From: Phaeosaccion multiseriatum
Lineage: Eukaryota > Protista > Ochrophyta, other classes
Reading direction: 5' to 3'
Length of the DNA: 64,000 bases
NCBI GenBank assembly: GCA_965112735.1
Contig: OZ218960.1
Location: forward strand, 248,001-312,000
The notes beneath the pieces were generated by a model. That model ran no database searches. It was not told the DNA's origin and saw only the letters and a program-made list of their open reading frames with translations. The translations under genes were made by a program, and so were the position numbers. Position 1 is the stretch's first letter, and every line of letters begins with the position of its first letter. Shown in pieces: positions 25,802-36,974 of the stretch.

Positions 25802-28290
25802 GCAGCCGCAGCAGCCGCAGAAGGTGGGTCATGGCGCAGGCCTTCTCCCGAGGGTGTAGATAGTGAAAAGCCTGCAGCCCATGCGCGCTCGGGCTGGCCG
25901 ACGGAGCGGCAGGATGAAGAGAGCGGGGGGGGCGAATGGTTTGAGTTTGACACTTTCGTGCCGCTGGAGACCCTCACGAGTGCTCACACTCGGCCGTCCT
26001 CTTCCATGAGGATCGACCCGGACACGCTGGAGGCTGGACTAGGGGAGGGGGCTTGTCCGGCGGCGGCTGTATCACCAACTGGGACCTCTACCGAGGTTGG
26101 TACTGTTGCGGGCCTTGCTACGGCTGCTGCTGCTGTTCCTGCTGCTGCTCCGGCGGGTGCTCCAGCTCCGACTGCTGCTACCGTCGAGACTGGCGCTGGC
26201 GCTTCGACGGCTGCTTCGTCTACCCCGGGCAAGGGAAGCATCCTTATCATTGATGACACCAGGTACGTATTCGCTGGCTCCAGCTACGACTCCGTATGTG
26301 TTGACCCTCCCCTCCACAGGCACCAGTCTGCACACCTCATTACTCACTCACTCACTTACTCACTCACTCACTGAGTCAGTCAGTCAGTCACTCACTCACT
26401 CACTCACTCACTCACTCACTCACTCACTCACTCACTCACTCACTCACTCACTCACTCACTCACTCACTCACTCACTCACTCACTCACTCACTCACTCACT
26501 CACTCACTCACTCACTGAGTCAGTCAGTCAGTCAGTCAGTCAGTCAGTCAGTCAGTCAGTCACTCGTTCACCGTCATTGACGTAGTGATTCATACCCTTA
26601 TTGACGTATGCTGTACACAGGAATGTGCTGGCGATGTACGGGCGGGCCGCGAGGAAGGAGAACTACGAGGTGTTCACTGCCATCAATGGTGAGTGTGTGT
26701 ATGAGTATGTGTATGTGCGCGCGTGTATGTGTGCGTGCGTGCGTGTGTGTAGTGTGTGTGTGTGTGTTTGCGGGTGTGCGTGTTGAGAGGAACCCAATGT
26801 GGAAGGAGTCTGAAGTTCCTCATCCGCCTCAGAACGAAAAAAACAGCGCTTCGCCTCGCCTCGCCCTTGCTTAGGTCTTGCTCAATCCTTGCTTAGCTGG
26901 TTGTTGCAGGCGCGCTGGCGGAACAGATCGTGGGTGTGTAAACAGTTTGGACTCTAAAGCACAGTCGACATGGCCCCGACATCCGATGTCGCACAACTGA
27001 AGACCAGGGTCGATCCGACTCAGAAGAGCTTCACCCGTACCCCCCCCTCATTGATTTGATTTTCTACAGGAGAGGAAGGGCTGGAGCTGATGACGAAGCG
27101 CATATTCACTCTGGTCATGTGTGACCTTCAAATGCCCATTATGGACGGCACAGAGTGCATTTCTCGCCTCAGAGAGTTCGAAAGGACGAACCGAAGGGCA
27201 GAGAGGCAAATTGTTCTCTCCATGTCCACTTCCTCCGACGGATCCGCCATGGAGGCTTGCGTGCGCTGCGGAAGTAAGTCATCACAGTCCCTCCTTCCCT
27301 GCTACAGCTTCGGTTTGAGTTTTAAAAAAGAGTTAGTTCCCTGGACAAGCATCGTCGAGCCGGAAGACCAATACCGATGTGCGATATCGCTATGGTTGGA
27401 GCTCAGTGAACGCTTTCTCTCCTTTGCTCACTGCCTCTCACCCACCTCATGCCTTCACTGACTACTCGTCTTCCTTCTCGTCCTCCTCTTGTGCTGGATG
27501 GAATGGCAGTGGACGGTTTTGCGCCGAAACCTCTTAAGCTCCGCATTTTCGCAAAGGTGAGGAGGAGAAGGAGGAGGAGGAGGAGGAGGAATGTATAGTC
27601 CTCTTGCGGAGAGGATAGAGGACGAGACGCATGCCTTGCCCTAAGCTCTCTGCGACCATCTAACGACACCACCCTTGCTGTTTCTGTTGGCTTACTTTCC
27701 AACCGCTCCAGCTGCTGGATGCGTACTCCTTCTCTATGGAGGACGGAGGCTCAACAGTCACCCCGGGAAGCTCTCGGCTTCAACTGCCTTCAGCAGAAGG
27801 AGACAGCACCACCAGCCGCAGTAGGAGCGGCGGTCTTGTGAGTCCACAGGCGGCGGAGGCGAAACAACCCACGGAGCTCCCGAGCCTTGTGATCCGAGGC
27901 CAACGGGGGTTAGCCTCGTCGCAGAAGCAGGAGCCTGTGGTGATTCAGCAGCAGTCGCCACAGAAGCAGGAGCCTGTGGTGATTCAGCAGCAGTCGCCAC
28001 AGAAGCAGGAGCCTGTGGTGATTCAGCAGCAGTCGCCACAGAAGCAGGGGCCGTTCGTGATGTCGCCACCACCGGCGATTAGGGCTACTGTGAGTCCGAG
28101 TGCGGTGCGGTGGGTGCAGCTGTCGACGAACCGCAACGACGAGAGCAACGACGGAGCCGCGAGCCGTGCAGAGGAGGAGAGAGACAGACGGGGTAGTGTG
28201 GGGCAATACGGCGAGTGGGAGTTGATGTATTGCGGGGAGGTGGAGGCGCGGGGGCTGGCAGACGGTGGGACCTTTGTGCTGTGGAAGTGA
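20756..28290 (+). CDS. Hybrid histidine kinase: ETR1-type ethylene-binding 3-TM domain, PAS, HisKA, HATPase_c, receiver
   Basis: Thirteen GT-AG exons: 20756-20873, 21013-21129, 21385-21701, 21912-21996, 22510-22708, 22951-23035, 23645-23734, 24242-24408, 24586-26262, 26621-26688, 27070-27273, 27510-27556 and 27712-28290. Motifs: DLVIAVSYYIIP, FIVLCGTVHL, GRSFFDIVHPDD, IAHDLKTPL, NLCTNACKYT, DTGIGV, LFKPF, GTGLGL, ILIIDD, CDLQMPIMDG, DGFAPKP. Confidence 0.93.
23201..23256. repeat. (GGAGA)n pentanucleotide repeat
   Basis: Visible directly in a kinase intron. Confidence 0.95.
26342..26563. repeat. (TCAC)n/(TCAG)n compound intronic microsatellite
   Basis: Visible directly in the intron that splits the receiver domain. 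Confidence 0.95.
27919..28048 (+). repeat. Coding 39-bp tandem repeat (SPQKQEPVVIQQQ, about 3 copies) in the kinase C-terminal tail
   Basis: cagaagcaggagcctgtggtgattcagcagcagtcgcca repeated three times. Confidence 0.92.
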
Positions 28291-28631
28291 AGAGAGGAGG
28301 GAGGGTAAGTGGAGGGTCAGGAGGGACGGTCTCTCGGTGGATCTTTGACGTGAAGCACCACCGCAGGTACCTGTGAATATGTAGAGCGTTTCCGTCCGCC
28401 TGAGAGTTGTGTTGGGCGTAAGTACCTAAAAAATAATATACCGGTTGAAGCACAAAAACATCGAATCAAAGTAATCTTATATCCGCCACAAGAGAAAACG
28501 TCTTAGGTTGGCAGCAGCAACGGACAAAGCATCAGCTGACATGCCTCAGCAGGCAGAGATAACACCACAGAGCAGAGCATCAGATATCACTGCTCCGTGG
28601 TTTCCGATCTCCGGGTGTGGTGGCAAAAGAG

Positions 28632-29759
28632 TCAAAACGTTAGACAGCGGCCCTCTTCATCCGCTCCTCCAACTACATCTTCCTCTTCCTCCTCCTCCTC
28701 CTCCTCCTCCTTCTCCTCCTGTATCGCCAACTGCTGTTCGTGTCGCCCCCCCTCCGCCTGCAGCTCCCCTGACTTCTGCATGGACGACTCTACAAGTTTG
28801 GCTATCTCCTTGACGAGGGCCTTGTTGTCTCGCTTCAGCGAGCTCGCCTGCCGCGCAATGGCCTTGAGAAGCTTCTCTGCCGCTGCTTTGGTCTTGCTCG
28901 AGCTCGGGTCCCACTCCACCATGCTCTTGGCATCCTTCGTCGCGAGTTTAATGTGGTTTTGGGACAGGTGAAATGTGGCCCTCAACTCAAACGCCGTGGC
29001 ACAGCTTCTCTTCAACTGCTCTCGCTCCTCCCTCGTCCCAACACCAGGAGCGACGTACTTCTTCATTAACGCCACCACGACCGTCGTCACCGCCACCCCT
29101 TCTGCCCACCTATGCAGCTTACCATGGCACCGAGACAAGTTGAGCAGGCACGAGATATGCAAACACCGGCTTTCAAAGTCCATCGCAGCACTGACCAACT
29201 GAGTCTCTTGTACGCCTTCCGCCTCGTCCTCCCCCCCGTCCTGCTCCTCGTCGAAGAGAACATCGTAGGTACAGGACTGCTGCTGTGGAGAGTCGCTGTC
29301 GCACTCCTCCATGCCAGAAATCATTCCCCACCTGTAGCCCCCCTCTGCTTGCTGACGCGTCATGACTGCCTGACCGATCGTCAGCGGTTGCAGGGTCTTG
29401 CACACCCCCTCATAGATCAAACCTGCCGCCCACGCATCACCCATCTTGAATAGGGCATTGCCGCGTACCTTCCACTCCTCCCCCGTCTCCTTCGTTACCA
29501 CTGGAGCGCCCCCCTGTTCAAAATCCATGAGCTTCTCCAACCGACTACTCTCCACCACCATCTCCTCGTCATCCTCACTGCTACTGCTGGCAATGCCATC
29601 ACAGAAGGCCGTCGATGCCTTATTGTGGAGAAGGACGTCAACTCTTGGTCTCGACTCCTCTGAGTCAACGCAAGTAACAGTAGCTTTGCAACACAGCGAC
29701 CCGGATGGACCCAGTCCTTTCACCCTGACCTCACTGCCGACGCTATACTCCACGGTCAT
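28632..29759 (-). CDS. Intronless TPR-repeat protein with putative Tudor/SH3-like segments
   Basis: Uninterrupted 375-aa ORF. TPR-like helices: EEWKVRGNALFKMGD, SCLLNLSRCHGKLHRWAEG, AFELRATFHLSQNHIKLATKDAKSMVEWDP. Coiled and acidic tail. Confidence 0.8.
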   Translation of the reverse strand: MTVEYSVGSEVRVKGLGPSGSLCCKATVTCVDSEESRPRVDVLLHNKASTAFCDGIASSSSEDDEEMVVESSRLEKLMDFEQGGAPVVTKETGEEWKVRGNALFKMGDAWAAGLIYEGVCKTLQPLTIGQAVMTRQQAEGGYRWGMISGMEECDSDSPQQQSCTYDVLFDEEQDGGEDEAEGVQETQLVSAAMDFESRCLHISCLLNLSRCHGKLHRWAEGVAVTTVVVALMKKYVAPGVGTREEREQLKRSCATAFELRATFHLSQNHIKLATKDAKSMVEWDPSSSKTKAAAEKLLKAIARQASSLKRDNKALVKEIAKLVESSMQKSGELQAEGGRHEQQLAIQEEKEEEEEEEEEEDVVGGADEEGRCLTF

Positions 29760-30041
29760 TGCAGGAGCTTGGTGGTTGATGGTATAACAACCCTAAGTGG
29801 GCCGCTCCCGCCCTCAGCGTGGTGGTTCTTCGCCGCTCACAGATGGGACACTTTTAGCGCGAACCGCTTCCCTATTTTTCTTTCCTTTGTCGCTTACTCA
29901 ACTCAGGCCTAACGTAGCAGTGCAGCACGGCGAGGACACACATCACAGGTCTGCACTGTGAGGACCACAGGGCAATCCGCCACTAGCAAGGTACACCGAT
30001 TAGCAACATCCACCTCCTCTCTCCCCCCAAAACCCCAGAGG

Positions 30042-32603
30042 ATGGCTCCTCGGCGAAAGCGTAGAGCCCCTTCTCCGCCAGAAGCCTCGAGAAGCAGTAG
30101 CCCCGGAGGGACGCAGTGCCCACTGGAAAAGCTGCGACTGACCCCCCAGGACTGCAGTTGGGAGACCTTGAGGTACTAGAGAGGAAGGAAAGGGAAGATT
30201 TTTGGAGGACCAATCGGCATCACACGGTACATTTAAAATGTACGCAGGAGCGGGGTCAAAACCCTCATTCTATTCACAGCCCAGCTGAGTAGAAGAGCCC
30301 CCTCCCCTCAACTCCTGATGCCTGCTGCTCTCTGCTTTCTTTGTCACTCCTCTCTCTCTGCTCCCTGCTGCATCTCCTGCCGACGTACCTACCATGACCT
30401 CCTTCCCCCCCCCCTTTCTCTTTATGCAACCCCACATCGCACACGCCACCATCACGTGCAGGAGCATGGGCAAGCACCTGATCACGACTCTTGCCGCTCC
30501 CGTCAAGAGCCGTCCAGCAGCAGTCGGTGACACAGCAGCAGCCCCTGGCGGAGGCCCGGCTCTAGGGGCTGTCTGTGCCTGCGACTGGGCCCCTCCCACC
30601 ACCACCCCTACTGGACAGGGGGAGGGGGGGGGGGAGCTCGAAGCCCGCCTTGCCGCGGCAGCTCTCTTCGCCAAGGCATGTGCGGCGTGTCAGGGTCAGG
30701 GTCCGGGTCAAAGTAAGGGGAAGCAGAGCTCTTCCGCGGCTCGGGCCGCCGAGCGGAGTAGCCTCCTGGAGGTGCAGGTTAAGTTGCTTGGCGCGCTGCA
30801 CAGGCTCCCACCTCTCCAGGGAAGAGCCACTCGACACGCCAGGTGTGTTCGCCCGTAGTCTAGATGAGGGCTCTTCGCTCGATGCCACCGGCTTCATGTG
30901 GGTAGAGAAGGGAGTGGAGGGTAGTGACGGGTATTGAGGAAGGCTTCCCGCCCTCGCTTCCTCGCCCCGCCCCCCCGCTCAACCCCTCTCCTCGCTGACC
31001 CTTCGGCGCTCCTGCTTGATCTATCTACCTCTGCTGCTTGACTCGTGCTCCTCGCCATCGTGGTGGTGCAATAGAAGCGTGCGTGAAACATTGCTCGCGA
31101 TGTTGGGGCAGTTGCCCGCTGCCCGTGCTGCCAAGCCCAAGTAAGTGAGGCTCTCTGTCATCGGTCACGCGGCTCGGGCCACTGGTAGAAGGCAGCTCAC
31201 ACACACACGCACTCGCAGGGAAGTCTTTGGACTCGACGTGCTTCTCTCACCGACTCAGCCGGGCACCGCTCGCCTGACACCCTGTACCGCCGCTCGTGCC
31301 TTGCGTCTTGCCCGTATGCCTGCCCGTATGTATGACTCTGTCTGCATTATTGTTGATTTCAAGGAGCGTGGTCTGCAGCAACGCTGAGAAGAGCTTCCGG
31401 AAGGCTCTCGTGCTCGTGCTGACGAGGCACGCCAAGGTGAGAAGAGAAGAACGGCTTCCCTGACTTATGAACTGATTCCCAACGGGCTTGGTTGCTCACT
31501 CGCACATGCACACTGCCGAAGGTCTCATCTAAGCCAGGCAGGATGGCAGCAGTCGTCGGAAATGAAACTGCTGCTTGCACCTATGTACCGCAGCTTGTGT
31601 GGTGTGCGTGTGCATCGTGATCGAAGTCTGCAGCCGGGCAGGCAGACATGGGCCAGGGGGGAGAGGGGCTCACTGACTGACTCGCTCGCGTTGACGCTTG
31701 CGCTCAGCTCTCAACCTTGGGCTTCCTCCATGGACGGCCTAACCAAATTGACACAAACTGAAGCTGAAACTGAACCTGAACTAAGTCCACATCACCTCCA
31801 CCCCAGGCCCTGCACCCGGTGGACTGCTTCCCGCTGTTCCTCTCTCCCGACAAGGGACCCTCCATCGGCGCGGTCTTGCTGGAGGTCATGCGAACGAGGC
31901 CCTACTGCGATCTTAGGCCGGTGGCAGGTGAGGTGATTGACAAGTGGTGGACGCACCTTGGTACGGTACCGCAGATGGTAGAGCTTCTCTGCTGTACAAG
32001 TGGTCGCGCCCGGCAGGCACCCAAGCATGCGTCCCACACGCGTCACCATCGCCATCCATCGCTCCTCCTCTCAGAAGGGAGGGTGGAAGCACCTCACATC
32101 GCTTATCCTCCCTCCCTTTCTCGCTCCTTCTGACACCGCTACTCCCTCATACCACCTCATACTACTCATATCCGTAGTGTGCCTCACCCCCTCCCGTTCC
32201 CCCCTCCGCTCCGATTCGCCGGGCGGCTCTCTCCCTGCTCTCTGCGCCCTTTTTGTTGTGCCACACACATAACTATATACCCAATTTCATGTACATGTAT
32301 GCCCAACCAAGCCTTCTTTACGCGGGTCGTCGCCACCATTGTCAGCGCAGCACCGCCCAACAAGCGCAAGGGAAAGGGCAGGGGCATGGGCAGCAAGGGC
32401 GAGGGGAACAAGCCGCTCCCTGGCGCTACTGCCTCTGCTGTGTATGTGCACAACCCCGCGTGTCCTCCGCATGTGCTCTCCTTCCTGACGGAGGCGGTGG
32501 CTGCATCCCCCTCGCTGGTGCTGCCCTTCGCCGAACAGCTCTGCAGCGAGGCAGTGCTAATCGATGCGCCCTCCGCGGCGGTGCGCAAATTGCCCCTCAA
32601 GGT

Positions 32604-32676
<73 letters not shown>

Positions 32677-32950
32677 CGTGTATGTGCGTGTGTGTGTGTG
32701 CGTGTGTGCGTGTGTGTGTTTGTGTGCGTGTGTGTGTGTGTGCGTGTGTGTGTTCCGTCCTTGATGATGATGCGAGATATCTCCCCAGATGGGTTTGGCG
32801 GCGCTTCGCTTCTCGCTTGTCAACGACCTCTCTTGCTTCACCACCCCTCCGCCCCTTCCTCAAAGATTCTGGGATGCATCCTCAAGAGCGGGGCACTCCA
32901 CACTCCGCACAATGACGAGAGCAAGCGAGATGCGCCATTGCCAAAAGCAT

Positions 32951-32987
<37 letters not shown>

Positions 32988-34565
32988 GACAGCAGGAGGA
33001 GACTACAGTAGAAGCGAGGGCGAGACTACCCACCCGGATGACAGAGAGGGAGGGGGCGGGGATCTCGGAGCCGATGATGATGACGACACAGAGAGAGGCG
33101 AAGGGAGAGCCTCAGGGGGGATGGCAGTGGATGGGGAGTGTGAGGGTGAGACAACTGGGGGGCAGGAACATGGGCAGGGGCGGAGCACAAAGGACCGCTC
33201 CTCTGACCGCGGCGGTGAAGCACAGCTCATACGGCAAGTGCTCAGACGAGTCCTCGCCGTGGCGCAGGGAGACAGGGATGCCACAGTGAGGGGCGTCGCG
33301 TACGATCAAGTCATCGCATTTAGCGTCCGGCAGGGAGCGCACAGGAGGAGGAGGAAGAAGAGGACGAGAAGGAGGAGGGGCTGCGCGGAGGGTGGTGATA
33401 CACAGCCGCGCCGCGTGATCCAAGGCGAAGGAGAGCAGCAGCAGCAGGAGGAAGAGGAGCAGCAGCAGTTGGTGATACAGCAGCAGCAACAGAGTTTGGA
33501 TGTGTCCCCCCAGGAGGAGGAGGAGGAGGAGGAGGAGGAGGAGGAAGAGGCTGAGTGGGAGCGACTCTTGACGTGTCTATTGGGCAGCATCGCGTGGACT
33601 CTGACGCACGACGGCGCCAAGACGGTGCGATTCAAGGTGAGGCGCGCCTTCTGCGGGCGAGAGCGACACTTGACACCCTTCGACATATTTGATGCATGTC
33701 GTGTGTGCCCCTCGGAGGGATGGACCACTCACACGGCCCAACTAGGTCCAATCCCAAGCCGCCATAAATTATTCCTGCCTGGACTGGCCCCGCTCCTTCC
33801 CCTCTCCCCTCTCCCCTCTCCCCTCTCCGCGTATATCTCTCCACAGGCGCTGACGTGTCTGGAGCGACTCCTCCTTGACGACAAGAACAACGACGGCCAC
33901 ATGGAGGAAGGCGAGAAGAGCGAGGAGGGCGACGGCGGCATCCTCCACCTCGCCGCAAAGACGAGCGCCGCTGGCTCCTCACTCACAGGCCGCTCGAGAG
34001 CAACTGATGGCACTTCAGCCGCTGCCGCTCAAGACGGGGAGGGCGGCATGGAGAAAGACATTTGCATGAGCCGAGGTCATGCAGCAGTTGGTGATACAGC
34101 AGCAGAGGATGGGCGTCCTGGCAATGCTGTACTTGGGCAAGTGCTGAGCGAGGCGTTCCAAGGCTGCTGCTCCCTCCTCGGACATCTGGCGCGCATAGGT
34201 GAGCGGGGCGGCTCCTGGGGCGGGGATGGGAGGCGAGGGGAGGGGAGGGGAGGGAAGCCGACAACGCGGAAACACATACACGTACGTCTTACCATATTCC
34301 CACCGGTCGAATTCCTCCCCCCCGCTCTGTCTCCTGCTGCTGCTGAAGGTGGTACTCCAGCCAACTTTGCGACGCTTCAGAGCACAATCTTCGCCTTCCC
34401 TACGCATTCCTTGGATGCATCGACGCTTGCCAATGTGAGTGCGTGGGGTGTGGGTGCGTGAGTGGTGTAAGTGGCGTGGGAAGTGCTTTGTGTGGCGTTT
34501 TAGGACCACATAAATGTCCTCTGCCCGCTTCTTGGCTGTGTCTAGCCCTACACAAGAGTCGTTTC

Positions 34566-34633
<68 letters not shown>

Positions 34634-36942
34634 GTCTTTCTGTCCCTGTCTCTGCCTCTGTCTCTGTCTGTCTCTCTCTCCCTCTCTCTCTGCCCTGTCC
34701 CCACTCCCTCAGTGCTTCACGCGGGCCAAAGGCAGCTTGGAGCAAGCAGCGGTGCAGCAGATGCTCGGGAGGGTGGTGGCAGAGCACTTGTTTGGGGCAG
34801 CAGCTGAAGGAGATTCGCCTGTCAGTGCGAGTGAGAGAGGCGCGAATAAAACTCCTTCCGGTGCCATCTGCCGACGCTCACGCTTTCTGACCGCACTGAA
34901 CGCCTTGCAGCGCATCAAGGGGAAGATGATGGGCGCTCCGGGCCAAGGGCAGCAGCAGCACCACCACCACCACCAACAGCAGCAGCAGCAGCAGCAGCAG
35001 GTACGCGCGAAGAGGTTAATGGAGCGGGAAGGTCGTACCTGTCCCGTCGGGGCAAGGAAGGAAGGAAGGAAGGAAGGAAGCTGGCTGCTGCATGCTGTAC
35101 AAGTAGGCTGAGCTGCGGAGGGCCAAGGGCTTGACCCGATGGCAGCAAATGACAAGAGTAAGGTCAAAGGCAGGCACTTGAAGAAGCCTCTCGTGCCCCA
35201 CCTCATTCCCTAACACACACCATGCCCCACGCACTCGTTTTGACTCGCTTCGCACACGCGTGCTCTTCCCTCCCGCTCCACTCCTCCACTCCTCCACTCC
35301 TCCCCTCCTCGCTCCCTGCCGCTCTTGATGCTCTTGGGGGTCCTGTCCTCACCCCTCCCACCCCCAAACACGCCGAGGTGCAGGTACAGGGTTCACGTCA
35401 TCCCGTGCTTCAAGACGATATCCTCACGGCTATGCTCCTGGCCGCCCCGGAGGAAGTTCGAAGGCGTTTGGGCGGAGGAGTGTTACAAGAGGGGCTGGGC
35501 TTGTACCTGCAGCTGCGGGCAGAGGTGGGGGGGGCAGTGACACCAGGTTGTCGAGGTAGTAGAGAGGTGGTTGCCGTTCTGGAGACGGTGGTGCCGTTGC
35601 TTGAAGCCAGTGGGAATGTAAGTGCAATGCAGAGGGAGGGAGGGAGGGAGGGAGGGTTCCATTGGATTTGATTGAATTGGTTGCTTGCTCCACGTCGATC
35701 GGTACCCCAACTTACGTGAACGCTTCCTTGCTTCAATGGCATGCCCAATCAGTGTGTTTCATTCCATCCTTGCCCTTCTCCACAAGACGTGTCGTGTGTA
35801 CCCTCCCTCTCCCTCTTGACGAAACGTCCGGTTGCTTTTCATGAGCTTGCCCCCTCTCTCTTTTGACTGAATGCCCGCTTCACTTGCTTCCGCTCGCTTC
35901 CTCTCGGCTCTTGAACGAATCAGACGGGGGCTCTGGAGCCTCTGCTCGTCCCTCTGTGGGAAGACACACGCCGCCATTGCAACACGCTGGAGAGGCGTCT
36001 TCTCTCACCGCAGCGGCAATCATATAGGCAGCCGCAGCAGCAGTCGTATGGGCAGCAGCAGCCCGAGTCGGTTGGTCATGGCGAGGAGAGTGAGCAAGAG
36101 TGCGCCCTGGACAGTCTCTTTCAGCTTCTTCGAGTGTGGGATGCAGTGCTGGAGCCCAAGGCCCAGGGACAAGGGCAAGGGCAGGGGCAAAAGGTGCCAC
36201 ACACTACCGTCGGAGTTGTCGGAGAAGGAAGAGGAGGAGGAGGAGGAGGAGGAGGAGGAGGAGGAGGAGGAGGAGGAGGAGGAGGAGGAGGAGGAGGAGG
36301 AGGAGGAGGAGGAGGAGGAGGAGGAGGAGGAGGAGGAGGAGGAGGAGGAGGAGGAGGAGGAGGAGGAGGAGGAGGAGGAGGAGGAGGAGGAGGAGGAGGA
36401 GGAGGAGGAGGAGGAGGAGGAGGAGGAGGAGGAGGAGGAGGAGGAGGAGGAGGAGGAGGAGGAGGAGGAGGAGGAGGAGGAGGAGGAGGAGGAGGAGGAG
36501 GAGGAGGAGGAGGAGGAGGAGGAGGAGGAGGAGGAGGAGGAGGAGGAGGAGGAGGAGGAGGAGGAGGAGGAGGAGGAGGAGGAGGAGGAGGAGGAGGAGG
36601 AGGAGGAGGAGGAGGAGGAGGAGGAGGAGGAGGAGGAGGAGGAGGAGGAGGAGGAGGAGGCGGCGGCAAGGGGAAGGGCAGTGCCCATCGGCAAGGGTTA
36701 CAGAACAGCGAAGGGGACAAGAAAAAGGCATCGGGCGGCTCCGTCCCCCCGGGGAGCCTGCTCTCCCCTCTGGAGGTGAAGCAGCTCTCTGCGTGCCTCT
36801 TCCCGACGGTTCTGTCCTTCCGCCGCCTCACGAGGGTCGGGGTGTCCATCGCACTGAAATTGCCAGGTACGTGTGCCGTCCCGAGTGAGCCAAGGAGTGG
36901 TGGAGAGGGATCGAGGCATTGAGGCGTTAGAGAGCAAGCAGG

Positions 36943-36974
<32 letters not shown>

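Noticed and set aside
26960-27030. tRNA or ncRNA around the palindrome CGACATC-C-GATGTCG in a kinase intron
   Set aside because: A single short inverted repeat with no cloverleaf or box motifs.
35871-36966. Poly-E, poly-R, poly-P, poly-S and poly-L ORFs
   Set aside because: Alternative frames of the (GAG)n tract. Only the glycine frame links to plausible flanking coding sequence.
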